Assembly: GCA_903824675.1 (NCBI GenBank) | Contig: CAIJXV010000009.1 | Coordinates: 956-64,955 of the forward strand | Direction of reading: 5' to 3' | Source of the DNA: an uncultured bacterium | Lineage (GTDB): Bacteria > Verrucomicrobiota > Kiritimatiellia > CAIKKV01 > CAIJXV01 | Length of the DNA stretch: 64,000 bases | Shown here: one piece after another, positions 1 through 7,819 of the stretch | Layout of the letters: the number at the start of each line of letters is the position of its first letter | Numbering within the stretch: position 1 is the stretch's first letter | Translations under genes and position numbers: made by a program | Notes under the pieces: generated by a model | The model's input: only the letters and a program-made list of their open reading frames with translations | What the model was told of the DNA's origin: nothing | The model's database searches: none

Positions 1-100
1 AACAGGATCGGGTGGCTCCTTAAGCAAAAGCGATAACCGCGGCTATTCCGGAGTTTCCGGGAAGCTTGCAAATCCGGGCTCATTGTTTTACTATGCCGCC

Positions 101-613
101 ATGACCGACGAACCCCAGTCACCAACCCCGGATTCCCAATGGCGGGTGATTCACAGCCGCCCCCGGTGTGAAAAGAAACTGGCCCAATATGCCGGGTTTC
201 ATCATATTGAGCATTATCTTCCCTTGCGTCGCGAAACCCGGGTTTATCAACGGCGTCGGGTGACTTTCGAATATCCCCTGTTTCCGGGCTATCTCTTTGC
301 CTCCTGTAATTGCGACTCCCTGGCCACCCTGCTGAATAGCCACCAGGTGGTGCGGACGCTCGACGTGATGGATCAGGATCGTCTGATATTTGAACTCGAT
401 CAGATTCGCCGGGCGCTGAATGTGGATCCGACCCTGGGCGCCAACCCGATGGTTCAGCCCGGGCAGACCGTACGGGTTAAAAGCGGCCCATTTCAAGGAA
501 TCGAAGGCCGGGTGGTGACCGTACAGGGTCGAACGCGGGTCATGCTCTCGGTCGAAATGATTGGACAGGCCGTCATGGTCGATGTTGGAATGCCTCTGTT
601 GGAACCCATCTGA
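101..613 (+). CDS. NusG-family specialised transcription antiterminator paralog (UpxY/RfaH/LoaP-like; NGN domain + C-terminal KOW)
   Basis: N-terminal WRVIHSRPRCEKK... block typical of the NGN domain. C-terminal GQTVRVKSGPFQGIEGRVV is a KOW motif. The ORF track starts at an alternative TTG at 83; ATG at 101 is the more likely start. Confidence 0.7.
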   Translation: MTDEPQSPTPDSQWRVIHSRPRCEKKLAQYAGFHHIEHYLPLRRETRVYQRRRVTFEYPLFPGYLFASCNCDSLATLLNSHQVVRTLDVMDQDRLIFELDQIRRALNVDPTLGANPMVQPGQTVRVKSGPFQGIEGRVVTVQGRTRVMLSVEMIGQAVMVDVGMPLLEPI

Positions 614-651
614 CGGGCGCCGATCGGCGCCGGATAATAAGGAAGAAAGCA

Positions 652-1629
652 ATGCCCCCCAAAAACGGAATGAAGATTCGGCCCTATCAATTATTGAGTG
701 TCGTTTGTGCCTTGGGCGGAGATTCCGCGGAAGCCCGCAATCCGAACATCAAAAAACTTCGGGAAGCGGTCCGGTCAAACCCGGATTTGCCGCTGACCTT
801 GCAATGTAATGTGAACGAGGTGTTCCGTTATCAGGACCCCGGCCCCGGCGGCGATACCCCGGAAGGTGCGGAGTTCAATCTCCGGCGGGATTTGGAAATT
901 CTCCATAAACTCAATTTATTTCCGGGTGCCACTTTGCCGGCGCGGATCATCTTTAATCGCGTCTGGGATTGGATTGAAGATGTCACCGGGATTTGCAGTT
1001 ATGGCCGGACCACGGCAGATGCCTGGACGGGTTGGACAAAGGCGAAACAAGCCTCGTATCGGCGGGGACACCGGCGCGGCATCGCGGCGCTCATTCCGCT
1101 TCGTCCAGCCCGGGAGATGACGGCGGACAAGAAGCGATCCCTGGCGGAGATGGTGAGTGTGGGGGCTGTTGATGTCCGGCCCCATATCCTGTTGTGCTCC
1201 CTTTGCCAGTATGGCGCGGGAACCCGGGCCCCTTTCGCGGAAGACAATCTACCCGAGTTGGTCCAAATGATTTTGAAGAAACCGGACATCCGGATCCGGA
1301 TGGCACCGCATGCGGATTGGATGATGTGCGCACCCTGTCCCTACCGGGAGGCGGGCGCCAATGCCTGCGTCAATAACAAGGGATCCGGCGGATTGCCTAA
1401 TCAGATGCGCGATTTGCGCGTGCTCCAGAAGCTGGGGTTGACCTTCGGTTCCATCCTGCCCGCCCGGGAATTGTACCGGCGCATTTTCAAGCGCATTCCT
1501 GGCACGCTGGAAATTTGCCGGATCGAACCGGGCCGCCCTTCGGTCTGGTGGACCGGTTGCGGCGCCGCTGAGGCAGACAGCCCAAACTTCGCCAAAGGCC
1601 GGAAACTATTGATGAAATTATTGGGCTGA
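652..1629 (+). CDS. Cys-rich hypothetical protein with internal tandem duplication (DUF1284-like CxxC halves)
   Basis: Two halves each end in DL(E/R)(I/V)L(H/Q)KL.L..G..LPAR. CxxC pairs at LLCSLCQYG and MMCAPCPY. RPHILLC...G block resembles DUF1284. RBS-like aggaag upstream. Confidence 0.5.
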   Translation: MPPKNGMKIRPYQLLSVVCALGGDSAEARNPNIKKLREAVRSNPDLPLTLQCNVNEVFRYQDPGPGGDTPEGAEFNLRRDLEILHKLNLFPGATLPARIIFNRVWDWIEDVTGICSYGRTTADAWTGWTKAKQASYRRGHRRGIAALIPLRPAREMTADKKRSLAEMVSVGAVDVRPHILLCSLCQYGAGTRAPFAEDNLPELVQMILKKPDIRIRMAPHADWMMCAPCPYREAGANACVNNKGSGGLPNQMRDLRVLQKLGLTFGSILPARELYRRIFKRIPGTLEICRIEPGRPSVWWTGCGAAEADSPNFAKGRKLLMKLLG

Positions 1630-1678
1630 GGGCGCCAGGCTCCTTCCGGGCTACCTGCGATCACGGCCCCGCTGGTAC
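1629..1678 (+). repeat. ~50-nt fragment near-identical to the internal vapB segment 3664-3713 (antitoxin-gene remnant)
   Basis: ggcgccaggctccttccgggctacc..cgatcacggcc.cgctggta occurs at both loci. Here it lies immediately after the stop of the 652..1629 gene. Confidence 0.6.
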
Positions 1679-1802
1679 ACCCCAGATCTGGTACTGCCCA
1701 AAAAATTCAGCAATAAGTTGATGTTGTGGAGCCCGCTCCAACTTAACACTTTGACGAATCGGTTTGTTGCTCTATTAGCCTCACACCCAGCACCCCACAA
1801 CC

Positions 1803-1931
1803 CAGATGGAGCCCCGCTCTATGAGCGGACGGCGTTCCCCCTATGGACTGCGGCAGTTTACTGCCGCCTTTTCCCCGGCGCAGTGAACTGCGCCTCCCCC
1901 TCAAGGCGGGACAGAAGTCCCGCAATCCAAG
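1803..1931 (+). repeat. Twin-hairpin intergenic repeat element, copy 1 (REP/MITE-like)
   Basis: Core ccccgctctatgagcgga...ctatggactgcggcagtt(c/t)actgccgcc...ggcgcagtgaactgcgcc...caaggcgggacagaagtc.cgcaatccaag is shared with 4264-4444 and 18758-18900. It contains two 7-bp stem/4-nt loop hairpins that are also mutually complementary. Confidence 0.8.
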
Positions 1932-1956
1932 CTTTGTAAAAGGGTCGCTTAATCGT

Positions 1957-1985
1957 TGACTCCATTTTGGCGCCCACATACAATC
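1957..1985 (+). promoter_or_regulatory. sigma70-like promoter for the Sel1 gene (TTGACT-N17-TACAAT)
   Basis: TTGACT at 1957-1962 and TACAAT at 1980-1985 in an AT-rich stretch, ~65 nt upstream of the ATG at 2054, which is preceded by a GGAG RBS. Confidence 0.4.
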
Positions 1986-2053
1986 CAAATAGATATGCTC
2001 TACATATATTGAGACAAATACACTGCCTGCCGACGATGAAGGGGAGATGAACC

Positions 2054-3199
2054 ATGAATAAGCAAGAGAAGGGGAGATCTCTGATTTTGCAATCGGCGCT
2101 CACCCTGGGTTTGATGATATTGCCTTTGCTCATCACGCAGAGCTATGCCGGGCCCAAAATTATGGATCCATTCGAATCAAACCAGTTCACGCATACCGAT
2201 GTGCCGCCGGACATTAGCGGGGACCCCTGTCAAGTGACGAGCCAGCATTACCTGAATAAAGATTTGCCGAATGATGAGATTGTCAAGTTGTTCGAGAAAA
2301 TTGCAAAGGGCGGGGATGTCCGGGGAACCCTATGGATGGCCCGGCTCTACCATAAAGGCCGGTGTTCCCTGCCCATGCAGCCGGATACCGCACAGAAAAT
2401 GGCGAAAGAAGTGATCGGTGACATCATGGATTTGGCGGACGAAGGAGATTCGGAAGCCCAGTTTTTACTGGCGTCCGCCTATGAGGATGGACTGGCCGTG
2501 ACTCAGGACTGCGAACAAGCCGTGTACTGGTACACCAAATCTGCAATAGCCTGGAATCTGGGTGCCATGTGCAATCTTTCCATTATGTATCTGTATGCAC
2601 ACGGAGTTGAGCCGAATGTGGTCAAAGCGCGAAACCTAATGGATCGCCTGCTGTTGGCTGGTTCAAAACCGTTTTCGCGCAAAATGTCCGCGGTTCGCGA
2701 TGATGGTCGGGACGATACCCAGCGCCTGGCCACTTTGCGGAGCGTGCCGCTGGTTCAAGCCCTTGGCATGCAACGGGAGAAAGGGATCGCTTTTCTCGTG
2801 GAACAAAACCTGATCGCGGACCCGACCGGATACAAAGAAAGCATGTGCAATAATGGAAGAAAACAGTTTTTCTTTGCGAACCAGGGTATCATCCTTCTGA
2901 CTGACCCGGTCAACGATCGGATTGTATCGGTCGAAGGTTATGTGAAAGAGTCCGGCGTTAACAACTCGTATACCGGCTCAATCCCATTCGGGCTTGACTG
3001 GAATGCGACAGCCAACTCCGTTCGGAAAACGCTCGGAATGCCCGACGACACAGAGGATAGGCCGACTGACCAAGCCTACGGGATGGCCTATCGCATAGAA
3101 AATGTCTTTTTTGCCGTGATGTTCTCGTATGAAGAAGAAAAAAAACTAAAAATATGGCGCGTTCATGAGAAATGGGCGGCTAAATATCCGACGCCATAA
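2054..3199 (+). CDS. Secreted Sel1-like (TPR-family) repeat protein
   Basis: N-terminal hydrophobic signal peptide. Repeated Sel1 signature blocks (GDSEAQFLLASAYEDGLAVTQDCEQAVYWYTKSA, LGAMCNLSIMYLYAHGV). Good RBS. Confidence 0.7.
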   Translation: MNKQEKGRSLILQSALTLGLMILPLLITQSYAGPKIMDPFESNQFTHTDVPPDISGDPCQVTSQHYLNKDLPNDEIVKLFEKIAKGGDVRGTLWMARLYHKGRCSLPMQPDTAQKMAKEVIGDIMDLADEGDSEAQFLLASAYEDGLAVTQDCEQAVYWYTKSAIAWNLGAMCNLSIMYLYAHGVEPNVVKARNLMDRLLLAGSKPFSRKMSAVRDDGRDDTQRLATLRSVPLVQALGMQREKGIAFLVEQNLIADPTGYKESMCNNGRKQFFFANQGIILLTDPVNDRIVSVEGYVKESGVNNSYTGSIPFGLDWNATANSVRKTLGMPDDTEDRPTDQAYGMAYRIENVFFAVMFSYEEEKKLKIWRVHEKWAAKYPTP

Positions 3200-3214
3200 C
3201 CGACCGCCAGATGT

Positions 3215-3236
3215 TGCCCCGCTCTATGAGCGGACG
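3215..3236 (+). repeat. Partial copy (first ~22 nt) of the twin-hairpin repeat
   Basis: gccccgctctatgagcggacg matches the 5' end of the element at 1811 and 4269. Confidence 0.5.
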
Positions 3237-3502
3237 ACCCAACTCCTCGCCTAAGAATGCTGATGGCGAATAGCAACTTCATGCTTCACCCCTTGCCCCC
3301 GCCGGCTCGCAGGGGCCTTCTCCGCCGTAGTAAAACTCTGGCTACGAAGGCTGGAACGCTCGCCCTCTAGGGGATTCTCGACAGACTCATTGTCGTCTTT
3401 TGGAGGGCGAGCATCCCTGCGAGCCACAGCCACGGGTGTGAAAACGGAACAAACCGATATGGATTCCGCCTTACGCGATGATCGGGGGCTGTCGCCCCGG
3501 GA

Positions 3503-3531
3503 TTGACAAGACGTATATTGTCAAGTAGTCT
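3503..3531 (+). promoter_or_regulatory. vapBC promoter/operator (TTGACA-N17-TAGTCT) with direct repeats ATTGACAAG / ATTGTCAAG
   Basis: TTGACA at 3503-3508 and a -10-like TAGTCT at 3526-3531 ending ~7 nt before the vapB ATG (near-leaderless). The two 9-nt direct repeats are typical of an antitoxin operator. Confidence 0.4.
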
Positions 3532-3538
3532 GTACGTC

Positions 3539-3778
3539 ATGAACACGAAGCTCACCTTGCGCATGGATTCGGCACTGGTTCAGTCCGCCAAGACGGAAGC
3601 GACCCGGCGGGGCAAATCGGTTTCGCAAATGGTTGGCGAGTTCTTTGGCGCTCTGACTGTGCGGCGCCAGGCTCCTTCCGGGCTACCCCCGATCACGGCC
3701 TCGCTGGTAGGGGTCCTGAAAGGCCGTCGCGTTTCGGAGTTAGACTACCGTAAGCACCTTCTGGAGAAACATCGGTGA
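3539..3778 (+). CDS. vapB: Type II antitoxin (VapB-like; DUF6364-type antitoxin family)
   Basis: ~80 aa. MNTKLTLRMDSALVQSAKTEATRRGKSVSQMV...ITASLVGVLKG...DYRKHLLEKH matches the short antitoxin family that partners PIN toxins. It overlaps the downstream PIN gene by 4 nt. The ORF-track start 3503 is an upstream extension. Confidence 0.7.
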   Translation: MNTKLTLRMDSALVQSAKTEATRRGKSVSQMVGEFFGALTVRRQAPSGLPPITASLVGVLKGRRVSELDYRKHLLEKHR

Positions 3779-4206
3779 GGGTCTTATTCGATACCAACAT
3801 TGTACTCGATGTGCTTCTCGCCCGTCAGCCTTTCGTCGGCCCGGCTTCCGAGTTGTTTGGTTTGGTCGAGCAGTCGCGCATTGAGGGTTTTTTGTGCGCA
3901 ACCACCATCACGACGGTTGATTATCTACTCCTGCAGTCCCTATCCCGGTCCGACGCGCAACAGGCCTTGCGAAAGTTGATGTCCCTGTTTGAGATCGCAC
4001 CCGTCAACCGCGTCGTTCTGGAAGAGGCCCTCAAGAGCAAATTGACGGATTTCGAAGACGCGGTTCTCGATCAAGCCGGCCGGCTGGCAGGGGCCGAAGT
4101 GGTGGTAACCCGGAATCAAAAGGATTTTCGGCATGCCTCGCTAAAGATTCTGGGACCGGACGAATTCCTTTCCAGCTTTCAAGAGTCGACAAAGAAGCGT
4201 TCATAG
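3775..4206 (+). CDS. vapC: PIN-domain ribonuclease toxin VapC
   Basis: MRVLFDTNIVLDVLL N-terminus carries the first PIN acidic residue. ~140 aa. GTG start overlapping the vapB stop. Confidence 0.85.
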   Translation: MRVLFDTNIVLDVLLARQPFVGPASELFGLVEQSRIEGFLCATTITTVDYLLLQSLSRSDAQQALRKLMSLFEIAPVNRVVLEEALKSKLTDFEDAVLDQAGRLAGAEVVVTRNQKDFRHASLKILGPDEFLSSFQESTKKRS

Positions 4207-4263
4207 CCCTTCGGTCAACTCAAGGCAGGCACGCGGCTACACCCAGAATGTGTTTTCGTAACT

Positions 4264-4444
4264 CAGATGCCCCGCTCTATGAGCGGAAGAAGCTCCCTCT
4301 ATGGACTGCGGCAGTTCACTGCCGCCTTCTCTCCGGCGCAGTGAACTGCGCCTCCCCCTCAAGGCGGGACAGAAGTCACGCAATCCAAGGTTGGCTCGAT
4401 GAGTTTATGGCGGGTCAGATAGTACGACGCGAAGACCCAAATAG
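4264..4444 (+). repeat. Twin-hairpin intergenic repeat element, copy 3 (longest copy, includes 55-nt tail gagtttatggcgggtcagatagtacgacgcgaagacccaaatag)
   Basis: Near-identical to 1803-1931. The tail is shared with copy 4 at 18846-18900. Same orientation as copies 1 and 4. Confidence 0.8.
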
Positions 4445-4669
4445 TGGTACGTGAACGACGGCCAGATCCATTGGCGGGAGGCCGCCCTGCATTCCGAGGC
4501 TTTATTCATCCAACTGCCGCCTCGATGAGCACAAATGAAGCCTTCGAGAGGTTCAGCAGTCATGGTGGGAACGCAGGTGATTCGGCATCAGCACATCGCA
4601 AAAGCAGACAGAATAGCAGAACCCCCGCAGTCCCAACTCCGATCCAGCGATAAAGGAATAACAGAGCTT

Positions 4670-7600
4670 TCATTTGGGACGGTTCGCCTCCGCTTTTTCT
4701 GATTGATCGGGATAAAGATAGACCAAGCACCGATTCGTGGGAGGTGGATCCCCGGGATATCGCCCGGCAACAAGTAATAACCGGCCTTTTGAAGAGGGAA
4801 TGACTTTCTTTTTATTTAAATCCGGGGTCAGCCCTTCGAACATCGAGGTTATTAGGCCGTTGGTTTCAGGCTGAATTTGTAGCGCGACTTGGCTTGGATC
4901 GAAGGTATAGGCTATAGGTGGAGCAGTCCCCCCCCAACTCCAGCCACTAAAAACGAATCGATTCGCAGCCAATCGGGTGGGCGGGGTTGATAATCGGGTT
5001 GTGTAATTGAACGACAAGGCCTGAACCTGCCGCCACTGGCGCGTTGCCGGGGTGAATTCCCACAATCCGTGACGCTGTCCTTCAGAATAGGTCTTGGGCT
5101 GGTATGGCATGCTATTAAGAAAAAAGAAAATCTGGTCCCCGGTTGAACTCATGCAACCTGCCGTTACATGGTAGGGCAGACAATCGTTGAGCGGACCCGT
5201 GGCGAAAGAATCTGATGCACAGATCAGTTCACATTCTGTCAACCCCGGCCTCCATCGGTAGATTGCCCCATAAAGGTTGCGCTCACGCCCATCGGCATGG
5301 AGTTGGCCGAGAGCTATATATAAATCCTCCTTGCCAGCCACCAAGGCCGTGACCTGTCGGCGAACCTCACCTACGGCGACAGTGGGATCAAAGCCCAGCA
5401 CGGAAGACCCGATCTGGGGACCCAGGCGTACGATCTGCCCGGGATCCAAATATGGCGGCTTGTCGGAAATTGGCACAATGAGCACTTGGTAGGCATCGGC
5501 AACACAAAGTCGGTCGCCCAGTCGTACGATTCGCATTCCCTCATTCATGTCGGTTCCGCTCTTGCCGGGGGTGTCCAGCATATAAGTAACGCTTTGGCCG
5601 CTAACCAAATCGATCCGCGCCACTTGGATGCACTTGTTTCCGGTCCACCCGACCCACAACAGGAGATCGTCGAGCCAGCCGTTAAAACCGTCGAAGTTAC
5701 CTATTCCAGAGGTATGGTCCAATGAATCATAAACCAAGGAGGCTCCCGGTATCTCAGGGGCAGAGGGAATCCCGATTGGCGCGGAATTGCCCAACTGCTT
5801 AGACCACCCTTGAGCCGATAATTCTCGGAGGATCTGTTGTTGCAGGGTGGGATTGTGCTGTCCTAAGTCGGCCAGAAACTGATTCAGATGCTTTCTAATC
5901 ATGACTTCATCCTGCGGTGCATGCGCCAGAGTAACATTGAATAAATATCGATTTCTAAGGTATACGGTCGCACGGCTCATTCCCGTATAAGTGGGATCAG
6001 CTTGCAAGATGGCGGGCATGGTCCTTTCAAAGTGACGGTCTTGATCTTTTAGGTCAATTAATTCCAAAGCAGTCCAGAGTCGCAAAAAAATGAACCAGTT
6101 TCCGTTGCTAGCTGCCCCGTTGAGATTCTTCGGGTCCTGTTCCAACCATGCGAACAAGTTGCTGGCGGCGACGCGCGCCGGGCTATCGAGTGGTACCGTG
6201 CTTGCTTGATCGGGGAACGCACCGGAATGAAAACAGTTAAACAGTATGACGGCGAATTGTTTCTCCGGTGTTCCGTCCTGATACACGTCTTCAAGAAATC
6301 GGGTCCACAAGGTCCATGCACGCTGGTGATCCCAATAGGTGATGCCGGGATAGAGCGACGAATAAAGCACATTCCATCTCGTGCCGTCGCGAGCCAGAAT
6401 CGATTTAAGGTAATCCAAGGATTCCCCCGGATCATCAAAGAAAACCGGACTGAATCGGGCAAAAAGCTCAGCATTGTAATAACGTCCCGGCACCCGTTCA
6501 TAGTTGCCGTACCATTCCATAAACTGGCGCAGTTCAGTTCGAAAATGGCTGACCGTCACCTTGTCTTCGTCCGTGAGATCTGCCGGGATGGCACTAAAAT
6601 AACCGAAGAACTTGGCGTCTGTTAACGACCCGTGGGTCTGACTCGGAATGGCTGATAACGGCAGGCGCCGTTGGGTGTTCATCGCCCGGCGTACCCATTG
6701 CAGGTTGCGAATGAAAGTAAATTTGTCGTCCGTCTTCCACGGATTTAATGTCGTATCATGTCTGCGCCCCTCCTCGATATACTGGAATACCGTGCTGGCG
6801 AACTCCTGTGCAAGGGTTTCATTTTGAGGGACTAGCAGGTGGGCAACTTCAAAGGACTGGATGGCGGATATGTAAAGTTTACGGCTGAGAAAGTTTAATC
6901 CATTCACTTGGAAATAAAGTGCTTCCCGTTCCAGGTCAGTTGCGTTGGCCGGTGACGTGGCGTTCAATCCCACAAACCCATCGATCTGTGCGACCATATT
7001 CGACACTGGACTCCGAATCTCATTTGGGTCAACGGCAACGTGAGCCATCATTTCGCGGGCGGTTCGAATATCTTTGATCTTGAAATCAACTGCATAGTGG
7101 GCGAGTCCCTGTGTTTCTGCCTTCATGCGAATGACGTAGTCCGCGGCTGATAACTCAGTACCTGTTTGTTCCGGAAGATCTTCCTCATTAACTACATCGG
7201 CTAGATTCTTGCGTTCCAGTAAGATAATTCGATCCTTCATCCCTATATGAACCTCGAGCAATGTGCTCAGGCTGACAAATAAATCTCTGGCTGAGGGGGA
7301 TGCATGTGCGTCCATTACAAGCGGCATCAACGCCACATAGATTCGGTCCTTTTCGCTTAATAGCAACCGGGACCGTGCGCGCTCCAGGGAGGCGATGGTT
7401 TCGGTTCTGGCTATCTGAAAGTTATTGTTTGTGACAATCAGGTCGAAAAGGCATTGCCCCCGGGCAGTCTCAACCAGTCGAATGCGATGAACGACATCCT
7501 GTGAATCCAGGATCAACAGTGCTTGCGCATGAACCTGTCGGCCAAGTGTGACGCTGCTCGCTCCGGCCCAGGCCTCGAGTCCCAGTTCCTTTATCTGGAT

Positions 7601-7804
7601 CTCGACCTGACTGCGGTCGACCAATGCCACGTTTTTCAGGGAAGCTAGATCAGCAAAGAGTAAATCAGAAAATGTCGGATTCGCCAGGCGATCAATAATC
7701 GCAATAATTATAGAGTTGGTCGGAGGGGCGTCTTGATCCTGTGCGTGAACCGCTAATAGGGATGCCAACCAAAAGACCGTTAGTCCGATTGATAATCTTT
7801 TCAT
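4670..7804 (-). CDS. Giant secreted protein (1044 aa): signal peptide + tandem TolB-N/CsgG-like alpha/beta domains + TPR-like region; paralog of 7820..10783 and 13241..17038
   Basis: N-terminal MKRLSIGLTVFWLASLLAVHAQ signal. IIAIIDRL...LLFADLASLKNVALVDRSQVEIQIKELGL block resembles the TolB N-terminal / CsgG / LpoB fold motif (AVLPF...VLDR..L..VL.EQ). Ends ...EKAEANRPK like its downstream neighbour. Confidence 0.7.
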   Translation of the reverse strand: MKRLSIGLTVFWLASLLAVHAQDQDAPPTNSIIIAIIDRLANPTFSDLLFADLASLKNVALVDRSQVEIQIKELGLEAWAGASSVTLGRQVHAQALLILDSQDVVHRIRLVETARGQCLFDLIVTNNNFQIARTETIASLERARSRLLLSEKDRIYVALMPLVMDAHASPSARDLFVSLSTLLEVHIGMKDRIILLERKNLADVVNEEDLPEQTGTELSAADYVIRMKAETQGLAHYAVDFKIKDIRTAREMMAHVAVDPNEIRSPVSNMVAQIDGFVGLNATSPANATDLEREALYFQVNGLNFLSRKLYISAIQSFEVAHLLVPQNETLAQEFASTVFQYIEEGRRHDTTLNPWKTDDKFTFIRNLQWVRRAMNTQRRLPLSAIPSQTHGSLTDAKFFGYFSAIPADLTDEDKVTVSHFRTELRQFMEWYGNYERVPGRYYNAELFARFSPVFFDDPGESLDYLKSILARDGTRWNVLYSSLYPGITYWDHQRAWTLWTRFLEDVYQDGTPEKQFAVILFNCFHSGAFPDQASTVPLDSPARVAASNLFAWLEQDPKNLNGAASNGNWFIFLRLWTALELIDLKDQDRHFERTMPAILQADPTYTGMSRATVYLRNRYLFNVTLAHAPQDEVMIRKHLNQFLADLGQHNPTLQQQILRELSAQGWSKQLGNSAPIGIPSAPEIPGASLVYDSLDHTSGIGNFDGFNGWLDDLLLWVGWTGNKCIQVARIDLVSGQSVTYMLDTPGKSGTDMNEGMRIVRLGDRLCVADAYQVLIVPISDKPPYLDPGQIVRLGPQIGSSVLGFDPTVAVGEVRRQVTALVAGKEDLYIALGQLHADGRERNLYGAIYRWRPGLTECELICASDSFATGPLNDCLPYHVTAGCMSSTGDQIFFFLNSMPYQPKTYSEGQRHGLWEFTPATRQWRQVQALSFNYTTRLSTPPTRLAANRFVFSGWSWGGTAPPIAYTFDPSQVALQIQPETNGLITSMFEGLTPDLNKKKVIPSSKGRLLLVAGRYPGDPPPTNRCLVYLYPDQSEKAEANRPK

Positions 7805-7819
7805 CCTTTAACATGACTT

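Noticed and set aside
1718-1939. 73-aa ORF, with a similar 68-aa ORF at 4248..4454, sharing ...APLYER...PLWTAAV.CRL..GAVNCASPSRRDRS.AIQ
   Set aside because: The shared peptide comes from translating the conserved twin-hairpin repeat DNA. There is no RBS, and the hairpin structure argues for an RNA/DNA element rather than a protein.
3255-3275. CTGATGG motif resembling a hammerhead ribozyme core
   Set aside because: Not an exact CUGAUGA, and there is no appropriately placed GAAA or stem II/III arrangement.
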